A stretch of 64,000 bases of DNA from Calditrichia bacterium (GTDB lineage Bacteria; Calditrichota; Calditrichia; Calditrichales; J004): contig JACKAO010000006.1 of assembly GCA_020635035.1 (NCBI GenBank), positions 238,807 to 302,806 on the forward strand, written 5' to 3'. Within the stretch, counting starts at the first letter, position 1, and the number at the start of each line of letters is the position of its first letter. Under the pieces are notes generated by a model that was given only the letters and a program-made list of their open reading frames with translations, was not told where the DNA came from and made no database searches. The position numbers and the translations under genes are program-made. Positions 27,938-37,625 of this stretch are shown piece by piece.

Positions 27938-29428
27938 TCAGAACAGCCGGTTGGCGAGATTGGCTAAGGTCGATTCAACCGAGTTGTCTGTCCGTATATC
28001 ATCAAACGGGATGTTGTATTCCTGTCCGGCGCGTACAGCAGGCATCACATTTTTAATACCATCGGTTATAAGATCACATATTTTCCGTGCCATACGCTGA
28101 GCCAGGGTAATATCCATATTATTGGGCATGGCTCCACGAATGTCTCTGGAGAAAGCTTCACAAATAACTTTTTGCTGAGTGTCCAGTCCGGCTTTGATCA
28201 GTTCATCACGGAAATATTCGGCGGCATTACCAAGGTAACCTTCTTCACGGCGCAGCTTAATTTTATAACCTTCTGCAACAACGATTACCGTTTCAGAGCG
28301 TGGATTAATTACTTTGGCCAGCTTATCAATATTGTAGTTAGAAGACGGAAGAACGGCTAGATGGGCTCCGGCACCAAGACATGAATGTAAAGCATGGTAA
28401 CCGCCGTGTGCACCCATCATCTCAACGATATAACACCGGCCGTGTGTGCGGGCATCTGCCATATAACCGCGGATTTTTTCAGCACCTACTTCAACGCCTG
28501 TAAATTCACCGATACAGGAAGTCCCCCATATATCACTGTCGATTGTTACCGGGATAAAATAGAACGAAACGTCAGGCAGCTTTTTACTCATTTCATAAAT
28601 TCCGGCAAATGTACCGTTCCCGCCGACACCGATAACGATCTTTACTTTGCGTTCTTTAATGGCGCGGATGGCCAGTTCCTGGTTTTTTTCTTCTTTGAAC
28701 TGCGGATAGCGCTCGGTCCGGAAATCGGCCCCGCGGGCAGCCCGCAGCGGCGGGGCAAACAATACGCCACGGATATGATCCATCTGGCGGTAGCGGTTGT
28801 AATCATAAATAAGGCAGCGGTAATCGGCTGATTTGTTCTGAACCACCGACTTAAATCCCTGGGCGGCAACAAAAATCTGGCGTCCCATTTTTTCCAGGAA
28901 TTCGGCAATGTAACCTGTTACCGGGTTGTAGCCCGGGGCACAGCCGCCATCCTGGATAATCAGCACATCCATTTCGTCGTAGAGCGTATCGCCTTCGCGG
29001 ATGTAGGAGGTTATCAGCTCGGAAAATCCGCGGTAAATCTTCATCAGAGCCGATGCGGACATTGTTTCACCGGTCTGGATCTGCTCTTTATCCAGTACAA
29101 GCAGCATGCCGTTGGATTTAGCTTTTACGGTGCCGGTGCGGGGTCGTTCATCGATCAGGGCAATCTCGCCAAAAAGATCACCTTTATTTAGAACCTTAAG
29201 CACCTGGCCGTATTTTTCAATTACAAAGATACCATCCAGAACAATGTAAACCGCTGTGCCAATTTCGCCTTCTGAGAAAATGGTTTCACCGTTTTCATAC
29301 TTGTAACGTTTTGATGAACCTATAACTTCTTTGATTTCATTGTCGTTTAAATGACGCAGTGTTCGTACGCTTTTAAGCATCTTTATAAGATGCAGATCTT
29401 CCTTATTAAGCGGGAGCTCGCCAGGCAT
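27938..29428 (-). CDS. Fusion protein: N-terminal cyclic-nucleotide-binding domain plus C-terminal phosphofructokinase-family (PfkA-like) domain
   Basis: cNMP motif GDLFGEIALIDERPRTGTVKA. PFK-family blocks GGCAPGYN (compare GGDAPGMN), GVGGNGT (compare GGDGS), PVTIDSDI (compare PGTIDNDI), EMMGAHGG (compare EVMGRxxG), VAEG, RDIRG. Confidence 0.75.
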   Translation of the reverse strand: MPGELPLNKEDLHLIKMLKSVRTLRHLNDNEIKEVIGSSKRYKYENGETIFSEGEIGTAVYIVLDGIFVIEKYGQVLKVLNKGDLFGEIALIDERPRTGTVKAKSNGMLLVLDKEQIQTGETMSASALMKIYRGFSELITSYIREGDTLYDEMDVLIIQDGGCAPGYNPVTGYIAEFLEKMGRQIFVAAQGFKSVVQNKSADYRCLIYDYNRYRQMDHIRGVLFAPPLRAARGADFRTERYPQFKEEKNQELAIRAIKERKVKIVIGVGGNGTFAGIYEMSKKLPDVSFYFIPVTIDSDIWGTSCIGEFTGVEVGAEKIRGYMADARTHGRCYIVEMMGAHGGYHALHSCLGAGAHLAVLPSSNYNIDKLAKVINPRSETVIVVAEGYKIKLRREEGYLGNAAEYFRDELIKAGLDTQQKVICEAFSRDIRGAMPNNMDITLAQRMARKICDLITDGIKNVMPAVRAGQEYNIPFDDIRTDNSVESTLANLANRLF

Positions 29429-29657
29429 ATTTTCTCCTTAATTCGTAAGCCGCAAATTTAAGACAAAATAAACTTTATGTAAAAAATAAATACCTGAAAA
29501 ATAAGGAAAACAGGGGATGTCGGATAAATAATTTAGGCAATAAATACAGCTTAATTTAATTACAAAATAGGTGATGTTAAAATAATCGAAACTTCTGAAA
29601 GCTAAAAAACTTTTTGTACAATATCCCGGAAGTAATGATTTAAAGAAAACAAAGTAC

Positions 29658-30251
29658 TTATTTTTTATGTCTTTTTTCAAGAACTTCGATTGTGTCAGAC
29701 AATTTCAGGTTTTGCGCAGCCATCAGCACCAGCAAATGATAGAGCAGGTCGGCGCTTTCTTCTTTAAACAGTTCTTTGTTGTTATCCATCGCTTCAAGAA
29801 TGGTTTCGGTTGCTTCTTCGCCCACTTTCTGGGCGATTTTTTTAACGCCTTTCTGAAACAACTGCGCGGTATAAGACGCGTCTGCCGATGCTGTTTTACG
29901 CTTTTGGATTACTTTTTCCAGCTCAAATAAAAAACTGCTTTCACGGTTTTCTTCATTAAAGCAGGTATCCGCCCCGGTATGGCAGGCCGGGCCTTGTGGT
30001 TTTACTTTGATAAGCAGGGTATCATCATCGCAATCTGGAATTATTTCAGTAACATTTAAAAAGTTACCCGATGTTTCTCCTTTGGTCCATAAGCGTTTTT
30101 TTGTTCGGCTGTAAAAGGTTACCTGTCCGGAAGATTGTGTTTTATCCAGCGCTTCCTGATTCATAAACCCAAGCATGAGTACTTTATTTGTGGCATTATC
30201 CTGGATAATTGCCGGTACGAGTCCATTTAATTTATCAAAATTAATTTTCAT
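29658..30251 (-). CDS. hisI: Bifunctional phosphoribosyl-AMP cyclohydrolase / phosphoribosyl-ATP pyrophosphatase
   Basis: PRA-CH motifs ([15 protein letters not shown]) followed by a PRA-PH helical domain (KVGEEATE...[10 protein letters not shown]). Last gene of the his operon. Confidence 0.95.
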   Translation of the reverse strand: MKINFDKLNGLVPAIIQDNATNKVLMLGFMNQEALDKTQSSGQVTFYSRTKKRLWTKGETSGNFLNVTEIIPDCDDDTLLIKVKPQGPACHTGADTCFNEENRESSFLFELEKVIQKRKTASADASYTAQLFQKGVKKIAQKVGEEATETILEAMDNNKELFKEESADLLYHLLVLMAAQNLKLSDTIEVLEKRHKK

Positions 30252-31002
30252 ATCTGACCATTATGTTTTGTTCGTAAAGATACTTTTTTAAATCTGTTAT
30301 TTTAATCTCGCCAAAGTGAAAAACGCTGGCTGCCAGGGCGGCATCGGCTTTTCCTTTCTCGAATATATTCTTAAAGTGATCCATATTTCCGGCACCCCCT
30401 GATGCAATCACGGGAATACCCAGGCTTTCTGAAAACATTGCGGTCAGCTCATCTGCAAAACCGTTTTTTGTCCCGTCATGATTCATCGATGTAAGCAGAA
30501 TTTCACCTGCCCCGCGGCTGTCTGCTTCTTTAGCCCATTCCAGGGCTTTAATTTCCGTTGGTGTGCGTCCGCCATCCAGGTAAACATACCAGTCGTTTTC
30601 TTTAAATCGGGCATCAATCGCCAGAACAATACATTGTGAGCCAAAACGCCGGGCCATTATATCCAAAATACCGGGGTTGCGAACGGCTGCCGAGTTTATG
30701 CTTATTTTGTCAGCACCGGCTCCAAGCATGCGCGCCACATCTTCATCCGTCCGGATCCCGCCGCCGACAGTGAAAGGGATGCTCAGGTTCAGGGCGATTT
30801 GCGTTACAAGTTGCGCAAAAGTATTACGTTCTTCGATGGTTGCCGTAATATCCAGGTAAACCAGTTCATCGGCACCGGCGCGGCTGTAGGCTGCACCAAG
30901 CTCCACCGGATCACCGGCATCACGCAGATTGACGAAGTTTATGCCTTTCACCGTACGTCCGTTTTTAATGTCCAGGCAGGGAATAATACGTTTTGTTAAC
31001 AT
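30241..31002 (-). CDS. hisF: Imidazole glycerol phosphate synthase, cyclase subunit
   Basis: Motifs [13 protein letters not shown] and ADELVYLDI; TIM-barrel HisF pattern. Overlaps hisI and hisA. Confidence 0.95.
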   Translation of the reverse strand: MLTKRIIPCLDIKNGRTVKGINFVNLRDAGDPVELGAAYSRAGADELVYLDITATIEERNTFAQLVTQIALNLSIPFTVGGGIRTDEDVARMLGAGADKISINSAAVRNPGILDIMARRFGSQCIVLAIDARFKENDWYVYLDGGRTPTEIKALEWAKEADSRGAGEILLTSMNHDGTKNGFADELTAMFSESLGIPVIASGGAGNMDHFKNIFEKGKADAALAASVFHFGEIKITDLKKYLYEQNIMVRYEN

Positions 31003-31718
31003 ACAAATGCTTTCAGTTCATCCAGTGAGATTTTTCCTTCATAAAATGCTTTCCCGAAAATAACACCGTCAATACCATTCTGATCCAGCCTTTCGATGTC
31101 CTTTATGCTGCTTACTCCGCCACTGGCAATCACGTACATAGCCGGGAAACTTTTTTTTATGTCCTTGTACAAATCAATGGCCGGTCCGCTTAATGCACCG
31201 TCACGATTAATATCCGTACTGATCAGGTAGCGAAAACCTTTTTCGTAAAACAGTCTGATAAACTCAAGCACATCCCAGGTGGTCTCTTCCTGCCAGCCGG
31301 AAACAGCAATCTTTCCGTCACGGGCATCGGCGCCAAGAATAAGTTTTTGTGAACCAAACTGCATCAGCCATTGGTCCATCAACTCGGGCTGACGGACGGC
31401 AATGCTGCCGGCAGTTACCTGGTTTGCCCCACAATTTAAAGCCTGTTCAATAACAGCAGTGCTGCTGATACCACCGCCATAATCGACGGTCAGACTGGTT
31501 TTCGAAGCGATCTTTTTAAGTATATCCAGATTCACAGGTTTCTTCTCTTTTGCGCCATCAAGGTCAACCAGGTGCAGTCGCTTTATTCCTGCCTGTTCAA
31601 AGGCCTGAGCAACGTCCAGCGGGTTACTGCTGTATTCCGTTTTCTGCTGGTAATCACCCTGGTAAAGTCTTACGCATTTACCGCCAATGATGTCAATAGC
31701 CGGGATTAATTCAATCAT
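30996..31718 (-). CDS. hisA: ProFAR isomerase
   Basis: Motifs [26 protein letters not shown]. Operon position between hisH and hisF. Confidence 0.95.
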   Translation of the reverse strand: MIELIPAIDIIGGKCVRLYQGDYQQKTEYSSNPLDVAQAFEQAGIKRLHLVDLDGAKEKKPVNLDILKKIASKTSLTVDYGGGISSTAVIEQALNCGANQVTAGSIAVRQPELMDQWLMQFGSQKLILGADARDGKIAVSGWQEETTWDVLEFIRLFYEKGFRYLISTDINRDGALSGPAIDLYKDIKKSFPAMYVIASGGVSSIKDIERLDQNGIDGVIFGKAFYEGKISLDELKAFVC

Positions 31719-32302
31719 AAGTCCAAAAAGTTTTTTAGTAATTTTTCACCATTCTCACCGCTTTTTTCAGGATGGAACTGCACCGCGTAATAATTTTTGT
31801 GCTGCAAAGCAGATGCATAATTTATTCCATAATCTGTTTCCCCGATTACATTTCCTGAATTTTTCTGAGCGTAAAAACTATGCAGAAAATAGAAAAAGCT
31901 GCCTTCCTTAATACCGCTGAATAAAGGTGTTTTAATATTAATCACCCGGTTCCAGCCGACCTGCGGAATTTTAAGTTCTTTAGACTGGAATTTTTTTACC
32001 ACCGTGTCAAAGATGCCCAGCGCGGTTGTGTTATTTTCTTCAGAATGTTTACACATAAGCTGTAATCCCAGGCAGATACCGAGAAACGGCTGACCTAAAT
32101 TCCTGAGTACAGAATCCAGGTTGTGTTTTGTTAAATATTCCATGGCACTGCTGGCTTCTCCCTGTCCGGGAAAAATAACTTTATCCGCTGCATTGATCAC
32201 ATCCGGATCATCGGTCAGGATAGATTTTACACCCAAACGGGTCAGGGCCAGTTCAACGGAATGTATATTACCGGCATTGTATTTTATAATTGCTACTTTC
32301 AT
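31715..32302 (-). CDS. hisH: Imidazole glycerol phosphate synthase, glutamine amidotransferase subunit
   Basis: Class-I GATase catalytic motif GICLGLQLM and FHPEKS. Confidence 0.95.
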   Translation of the reverse strand: MKVAIIKYNAGNIHSVELALTRLGVKSILTDDPDVINAADKVIFPGQGEASSAMEYLTKHNLDSVLRNLGQPFLGICLGLQLMCKHSEENNTTALGIFDTVVKKFQSKELKIPQVGWNRVINIKTPLFSGIKEGSFFYFLHSFYAQKNSGNVIGETDYGINYASALQHKNYYAVQFHPEKSGENGEKLLKNFLDL

Positions 32303-32314
32303 AGATTTATATTT

Positions 32315-33007
32315 TTACCCGGCTGTGGATTTTTTTAGTTCATCCAGCATTTCAAGCTGAATTGCCTGAATTTCAGCCATTCGTTCCCATTGCTGAATTA
32401 ATAAATGATCAACTTTCTGGTGAAGCTGCCTTAGCTCTAATTCTGCTTTTAAATTTATTTTATAGTCCTGTTCAGCCCGATTTCTGTCCCTTGCTTCCTG
32501 CCTGTTTTGGCTCATCATAATGATGGGTGCCTGAAGCGCAGCAAGACAGGAAAGCACCAAATTTAATAAGATGAATGGATAAGGATCAAAAGCCTGAGCT
32601 GCTAAAAAATATGAGTTAACAGAAACCCAAAAAAGCATAATCAAACCAAAGGAAATAATAAATTTCCAACTTCCGCCAAATGAAGCAATCAGATCAGATA
32701 GCTTTTCTCCAAAGGTTAAGTTTTCTTTAAACTCTTTTTCTATATTTTCTGATATTGCTTCATATTCAGATAATTTGTTTATAACATCCAGCTCAAGGTT
32801 GGACACTTCGCCTTTTTCATCAGAGATAAGTTTAAGAAGGTATTCCTTACGATATTTTTGTAAGTCTTCTCTGCAGATAAAACCATTTGTATCCCAATCC
32901 GGATGATCAGGTTTTATTATGCTTACTACAGATGGTCTTACAATTATCGATGGAACGACTTCTGTTTGAGATTCATCTTTACCGCATATTTGACAAATTT
33001 TTTTCAT
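32315..33007 (-). CDS. DUF1003-family membrane protein with N-terminal Cys pair, embedded in the his operon
   Basis: DUF1003 core as I recall it: DPYPFILLNLVLSCLAALQAPIIMMSQNRQEARDRNRAEQDYKINLKAELELRQLH. Two TM segments. N-terminal CQIC. Confidence 0.8.
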   Translation of the reverse strand: MKKICQICGKDESQTEVVPSIIVRPSVVSIIKPDHPDWDTNGFICREDLQKYRKEYLLKLISDEKGEVSNLELDVINKLSEYEAISENIEKEFKENLTFGEKLSDLIASFGGSWKFIISFGLIMLFWVSVNSYFLAAQAFDPYPFILLNLVLSCLAALQAPIIMMSQNRQEARDRNRAEQDYKINLKAELELRQLHQKVDHLLIQQWERMAEIQAIQLEMLDELKKSTAG

Positions 33008-33061
33008 GATTTGCTATAATAATTTTCTGAACCTATAACTCTTAAAATGATTTGTTTTGCG

Positions 33062-34150
33062 CTATAACAGTTCTTTACTGCTTGGTACCTGTTGATTTCC
33101 CGGTTCACGGCGAACAGCCTGACGCACACAGCGTGCAACACCTTTAAAAATGGCTTCAATTTTATGATGTTCGTTTTTACCTTTTGCTTTTATCAGAAGG
33201 TTACAGCGCGCATTATCACTGAATGATTTAAAAAAATGATGAAACATCTCTGTTGGCATTTCGCCAAGTTTTTCGCGTTTAAATTTTACTTTCCAGATCA
33301 GATCGCTGCGCCCAGAAAAATCAAGGGCCACAATTGCGTAACTCTCATCCATGGGTAAAACAAAGCCATAGCGCTCCAATCCTTTTTTATTACCAAGCGC
33401 CTTTTCCAGTGCCTGTCCGAGCACAATTGCACAGTCTTCAGTTGTATGATGTTCATCCACCTGCAGATCACCCTTAATTTTTATGGAGAGATCCACACCG
33501 CTGTGACGGGCAAAAAGGTGCAGCATATGATCAAGAAAACCGATACCTGTTTTTATATCTGCTTTACCGCTGCCATCAAGATTCAGTTCCAGGGAAATAT
33601 CTGTTTCCTGCGTTTTGCGATTGATTTTTACAGTGCGCGTTTCAAGTGCAAGGAAACGATAAATGTCATTCCAGTTAGTTGTTGATAAAATTGCATCGGG
33701 ATGATTTTTATCTGATAAAAAAATGGCTTTTGCACCAAGGTTTTTTGCAAGCTGGATATCCGATTCCCGGTCTCCAATAACATAGCTTTCCGCAAGATCA
33801 TATTTGCCATTCATGTATTTTTTAAGCAATCCCGTTCCCGGTTTGCGGGTTGGCTTGTTCTCATTCGGAAAACTTTTGTCGATTAAGATATCTTTGAATA
33901 CTATACCTTCGCTTTGCAGTGTTTTAAGAATGATGTTATGTGCCGGCCAGAATGTTTCTTCGGGGAAAGAATCGGTCCCAAGACCATCCTGGTTGGTGAC
34001 CATTACCAGCGTGAAATCCAGTTTTGCAATTTTAGCCAATCCGCTTATACTGCCGGGCAAAAAGCTGAGCTTCTCCAGGCTGTCGATCTGTTCATCTTGC
34101 GGCTCATGGATAATGGTGCCATCGCGATCAATAAATAATACTCTTTTCAT
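33062..34150 (-). CDS. hisB: Bifunctional histidinol-phosphatase / imidazoleglycerol-phosphate dehydratase
   Basis: HAD N-domain (LFIDRDGTI, VTNQDG) fused to IGPD (DHMLHLF, DEHHTTEDCAIVLG, NEHHKIEAIFKG). Confidence 0.95.
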   Translation of the reverse strand: MKRVLFIDRDGTIIHEPQDEQIDSLEKLSFLPGSISGLAKIAKLDFTLVMVTNQDGLGTDSFPEETFWPAHNIILKTLQSEGIVFKDILIDKSFPNENKPTRKPGTGLLKKYMNGKYDLAESYVIGDRESDIQLAKNLGAKAIFLSDKNHPDAILSTTNWNDIYRFLALETRTVKINRKTQETDISLELNLDGSGKADIKTGIGFLDHMLHLFARHSGVDLSIKIKGDLQVDEHHTTEDCAIVLGQALEKALGNKKGLERYGFVLPMDESYAIVALDFSGRSDLIWKVKFKREKLGEMPTEMFHHFFKSFSDNARCNLLIKAKGKNEHHKIEAIFKGVARCVRQAVRREPGNQQVPSSKELL

Positions 34151-34158
34151 ATTATACT

Positions 34159-35217
34159 TTACCGGTTTTTGTTATGGTTAAAATCTTTTATCGCTGTAAT
34201 CAACAGCTCATTTTCCTGAGAAGTCCCAACGGTAATCCGCAAACATCCTTCACATAAAGGCTGTTTTGATCTGTCACGAACGATGATTCCATGATCACGC
34301 AGATATTTGAACAACTCCTGAGTTTTTTCAAAACGGACAAGCAGAAAATTTGTATCACTATGAAAAACTTCTTTTACAATACTGATTTGAGACAAAGCAT
34401 TAACCAGTTTTTCACGTTGTCTAAGAATAGATTCAACCATTGAATGCATTACTTCGATTCTTTCAATAGCATTAATTGCCAGCTGTTTGGTAACATCGCT
34501 GATATTATACGGGTATTTTATTTTGTTCAGTACTTTTATGATTTCCGAATGAGCAAAAGCCATCCCCAGACGCAACCCGGCGAGTCCCCAGGCCTTTGAA
34601 AAAGTGTTGATTACAACAAGATTTTCATAATTGTTAAGTTGATGCAGAATACTTTTCTCAGGACAAAAATCGATATAGGCTTCGTCAACCATTACTATTC
34701 CATCGAAGTTTTTGACAACTTTTAAAATTTGTTCATGATCGAAAGCATTGGCGCTGGGATTGTTTGGTGAGCAGATAATAATGATTTTGGTGGTTTCGTC
34801 AACTGCTTTAAGTGCTTTCTCAGCAATCAGGCTGAAGTCATCATTAAGCAGAAAAGATTTTACTGTTATATCATGAATATCAGCCGCAACACGAAACATG
34901 CCATAAGTCGGTTCATGCAATACAATGGAATCCTGACCGGGTTCACAGAATGCCCTGATAAACAAATCGATGGCTTCATCGCTGCCGTTGCCAAGGAAGA
35001 TCTGTTCTACTGAGACATTTTTTATAACGGAAATCTTTTCTTTTAACAAGCGTTGATACGGATCCGGATAGCGGTTCCAATTACCTTTTTCCGCTGAACC
35101 AAAAGCATTTTCATTAGCATCCAGTAGAACACGTGCCGTTCCGCTGAATTCATCCCTTGCAGATGAATATGGTTTTAAAACCTGTATATTTTTTCTGACT
35201 TTTTCCAGGATATTCAT
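34159..35217 (-). CDS. hisC: Histidinol-phosphate aminotransferase
   Basis: Class-II aminotransferase with PLP-lysine region NTFSKAWGLAGLRLG. Operon position. Confidence 0.95.
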   Translation of the reverse strand: MNILEKVRKNIQVLKPYSSARDEFSGTARVLLDANENAFGSAEKGNWNRYPDPYQRLLKEKISVIKNVSVEQIFLGNGSDEAIDLFIRAFCEPGQDSIVLHEPTYGMFRVAADIHDITVKSFLLNDDFSLIAEKALKAVDETTKIIIICSPNNPSANAFDHEQILKVVKNFDGIVMVDEAYIDFCPEKSILHQLNNYENLVVINTFSKAWGLAGLRLGMAFAHSEIIKVLNKIKYPYNISDVTKQLAINAIERIEVMHSMVESILRQREKLVNALSQISIVKEVFHSDTNFLLVRFEKTQELFKYLRDHGIIVRDRSKQPLCEGCLRITVGTSQENELLITAIKDFNHNKNR

Positions 35218-36506
35218 TCAGATTCTCCGTTTAATTTGATCCTGCGAATAGAAACTGAATTTCTATGAGCGATAAGTTGCTCTGCTTCAGCCATTGTTTC
35301 AATAGTGCCGGCAAGATTTTTCAACCCCTGTTCAGATATTTTCTGAAAAGTAATTTTTTTGTAATAACTATCAAGAGAAACGCCACTATATGCTCGTGCA
35401 AAGCCATTTGTCGGCAATGTATGATTGGTTCCGGATGCATAGTCACCGGCAGCTTCAGGGGTGTATGCTCCAATAAAAACAGAACCGGCATTGATAACCT
35501 TTTCAGCAAGCACATCAGCATTTTTTGTGTTTATTATCAGATGTTCCGGGGCATAAAAATTGCTCATGTCCAAAGCATTGTCCAATGATTTACAGAGTAT
35601 AAACCGGCTGTTTTGCAAAGCTTTTTCTGCGATTTCTTTGCGTGGTAGTTTCTCCAGCTGCTTTTCAGTTGCAATAAGGCATTTTTCCAACACTGCTTTA
35701 TCATCACTAAATAAAATGACCTGGCTGTCCGGGCCATGTTCTGCCTGAGCCAGTAAATCCGCTGCAACAAACTCCGGATCGGCTGATATATCGGCAATAA
35801 CTGCTACTTCAGACGGACCGGCAGGCATATCGATCGCGATACCTTCAGTTGAAATACGTTGTTTAGCATACGTCACATATCGGTTACCAGGGCCGAAAAT
35901 CTTATCGACTTTTGGTATAGATTCTGTTCCATACGCTAATGCTGCGATGGCCTGGGCGCCACCACTTTTAAAAACATCTGTGACACCTGCTTCTTTGGCA
36001 GCAAATAAAATCGCAGGATGCAGGTGCCCGTTTTTATCCGGTGGTGAAACCATTATTATTTTTTTACAGCCTGCAAGCTGAGCCGGGATAGCCAGCATTA
36101 ATACTGTTGAAAAGAGCGGGGCACTTCCACCGGGAATATAAATACCCACCTTTTCGATAGCTACAGATTTGCGCCAGCATTTTACACCGGGCATAGTTTC
36201 AAGCGGTTTTTCGTCTGATTTTTGATTTTGGTGAAACCGGCGAATATTTACAGCAGCTGCTTTAATTGCTTCTTTTAAGTTATCAGCGATTGTGTCTGCC
36301 AGTAACCATTCATCTGCTGTAATTGCCAGGGATTGCAGCTTAGTGACATCAAATTTTTCGGAATATTCAAAAAGAGCTTTATCACCGTTGCTTTTAACAT
36401 AATCACATATTTCTGCAACACTGTCTTTTACCTTTTGGTTGTCCAGTTCAGGACGGCTGAGAAGCTTGGGATAGTCCGAAATGTCGGGATATTCAATAAT
36501 TTTCAT
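35214..36506 (-). CDS. hisD: Histidinol dehydrogenase
   Basis: 430 aa with AQAEHGPDSQ and APEHL motifs. 4-nt overlap with hisC. Confidence 0.95.
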   Translation of the reverse strand: MKIIEYPDISDYPKLLSRPELDNQKVKDSVAEICDYVKSNGDKALFEYSEKFDVTKLQSLAITADEWLLADTIADNLKEAIKAAAVNIRRFHQNQKSDEKPLETMPGVKCWRKSVAIEKVGIYIPGGSAPLFSTVLMLAIPAQLAGCKKIIMVSPPDKNGHLHPAILFAAKEAGVTDVFKSGGAQAIAALAYGTESIPKVDKIFGPGNRYVTYAKQRISTEGIAIDMPAGPSEVAVIADISADPEFVAADLLAQAEHGPDSQVILFSDDKAVLEKCLIATEKQLEKLPRKEIAEKALQNSRFILCKSLDNALDMSNFYAPEHLIINTKNADVLAEKVINAGSVFIGAYTPEAAGDYASGTNHTLPTNGFARAYSGVSLDSYYKKITFQKISEQGLKNLAGTIETMAEAEQLIAHRNSVSIRRIKLNGESE

Positions 36507-36519
36507 AATAGTATTTGCT

Positions 36520-37374
36520 TTACATTATCATCTTTTCAATCGGGACAACAAGGATGCCCTGTGCCCCGGCTTTTTTTAACTTGTCAATGTTTTCCCAGAA
36601 GGTGTTTTCTTCAATGACCGAATATAGCGAACTCCATCCTTTTGTAACCAGCGGTGTAATTGTAGGACTTTTCATTCCCGGGAGTATACTGCAAATTTGA
36701 TCGATTGATTCATTTGGTGCATTAAGAATAATATACTTATAGTCTTTGGCAGTTCGTACGGCACGCATTCTGAATATAAGACCCTCAATAAGGCTTATCT
36801 GCTCAGCAGTTGTCTGATCGGATTGAATTAAAACAGCTTCTGATTTCATGACGGTGAACACTTCACGCAATCCATTTGTTATAAGAGTGCTGCCTGTACT
36901 GACGATATCAAAAATTGCATTTGCCAATCCGATTCCCGGAGCAATTTCTACAGAGCCGCTGATTTCATGGATTTCTGCATCAATCTTATTTTCATCCAGA
37001 AATTTTCCCAGGATATGTGGATAAGAAGTAGCAATCTTTTGACCGGAAAGATCCTTCATGCTATTAAAGACTGATTTTTCAGGTACAGCTATAGACAGTC
37101 TGCATTTGGCATAGCCCAATCGTTCGATGATCTTTAAATCAAAACCTTTCTCAAGAAGTGTGTTTTCTCCAACCATCCCGATCTGAGCAATGTTGTCATT
37201 AACGCATTCCGGGATGTCGTCGTCTCTTAATAAAAGTAAACGTAAAGGATAATTTGTCGCGTTTATCATCAACGATCGTTTGCTCAAACCGTTGAATTTG
37301 ATACCGCATTCCTGTAGCAAAGCAAACGTCTGTTCACTTAATCTTCCTGATTTTTGAACCGCCAGTGTAATCAT
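36520..37374 (-). CDS. hisG: ATP phosphoribosyltransferase, long form
   Basis: Starts MITLAVQKSGRL. C-terminal regulatory domain is present. ATG at 37374 follows GGGAGAG. The track ORF starts at a TTG at 37386. Confidence 0.95.
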   Translation of the reverse strand: MITLAVQKSGRLSEQTFALLQECGIKFNGLSKRSLMINATNYPLRLLLLRDDDIPECVNDNIAQIGMVGENTLLEKGFDLKIIERLGYAKCRLSIAVPEKSVFNSMKDLSGQKIATSYPHILGKFLDENKIDAEIHEISGSVEIAPGIGLANAIFDIVSTGSTLITNGLREVFTVMKSEAVLIQSDQTTAEQISLIEGLIFRMRAVRTAKDYKYIILNAPNESIDQICSILPGMKSPTITPLVTKGWSSLYSVIEENTFWENIDKLKKAGAQGILVVPIEKMIM

Positions 37375-37384
37375 GTTCTCTCCC

Positions 37385-37423
37385 AAAATAAAAAAACCCG
37401 GTTACCAAGAGAGCAACCGGGTT
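37385..37423 (-). terminator. Attenuator terminator between the His leader ORF and hisG
   Basis: Minus strand has a perfect 9-bp stem AACCCGGTT/AACCGGGTT with an 11-nt loop GCTCTCTTGGT. It is followed by TTTTTATTTT running into the hisG Shine-Dalgarno site. Confidence 0.75.
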
Positions 37424-37452
37424 GAAGTTTTCAGATATGCAATTCTCCTGGA

Positions 37453-37491
37453 TCACCTTGGGGTGTGCTTATGGTGATGATAGTGATGCAT
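37453..37491 (-). CDS. hisL: Histidine-rich leader peptide (hisL-like), 12 aa
   Basis: Hand translation of the minus strand: ATG CAT CAC TAT CAT CAC CAT AAG CAC ACC CCA AGG TGA = MHHYHHHKHTPR*. Six of 12 codons are His. It lies 117 nt upstream of the hisG ATG and 29 nt upstream of the terminator stem. Confidence 0.7.
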   Translation of the reverse strand: MHHYHHHKHTPR

Positions 37492-37625
37492 ATAATTTCT
37501 GATTTGTTCATTTGTTGTTCGCATGTACTTAATATATTAAAAACCAAAAAATAGCGAAAATTAATTTTGCTGAAAAGATTATCGAAAATTCTTGAAGATT
37601 CTTGAAAATTAATCTGTAAGATTTA

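Noticed and set aside
29438-29680. 80-aa minus-strand ORF between hisI and the cNMP-PFK gene
   Set aside because: It is a low-complexity AT-rich translation (Phe/Tyr/Leu/Lys). It overlaps the hisI 3' end and has no start context.
37431-37511. Alternative 26-codon leader ORF MNKSEIICITIITISTPQGDPGELHI* overlapping the His leader in another frame (Ile/Thr-rich, like an ilv or thr leader)
   Set aside because: A one-base shift of CAT/CAC repeats automatically yields ATC/ACx codons. An Ile/Thr sensor makes no sense in front of a histidine operon. I keep the His-rich frame, but only experiments can exclude translation of this one.
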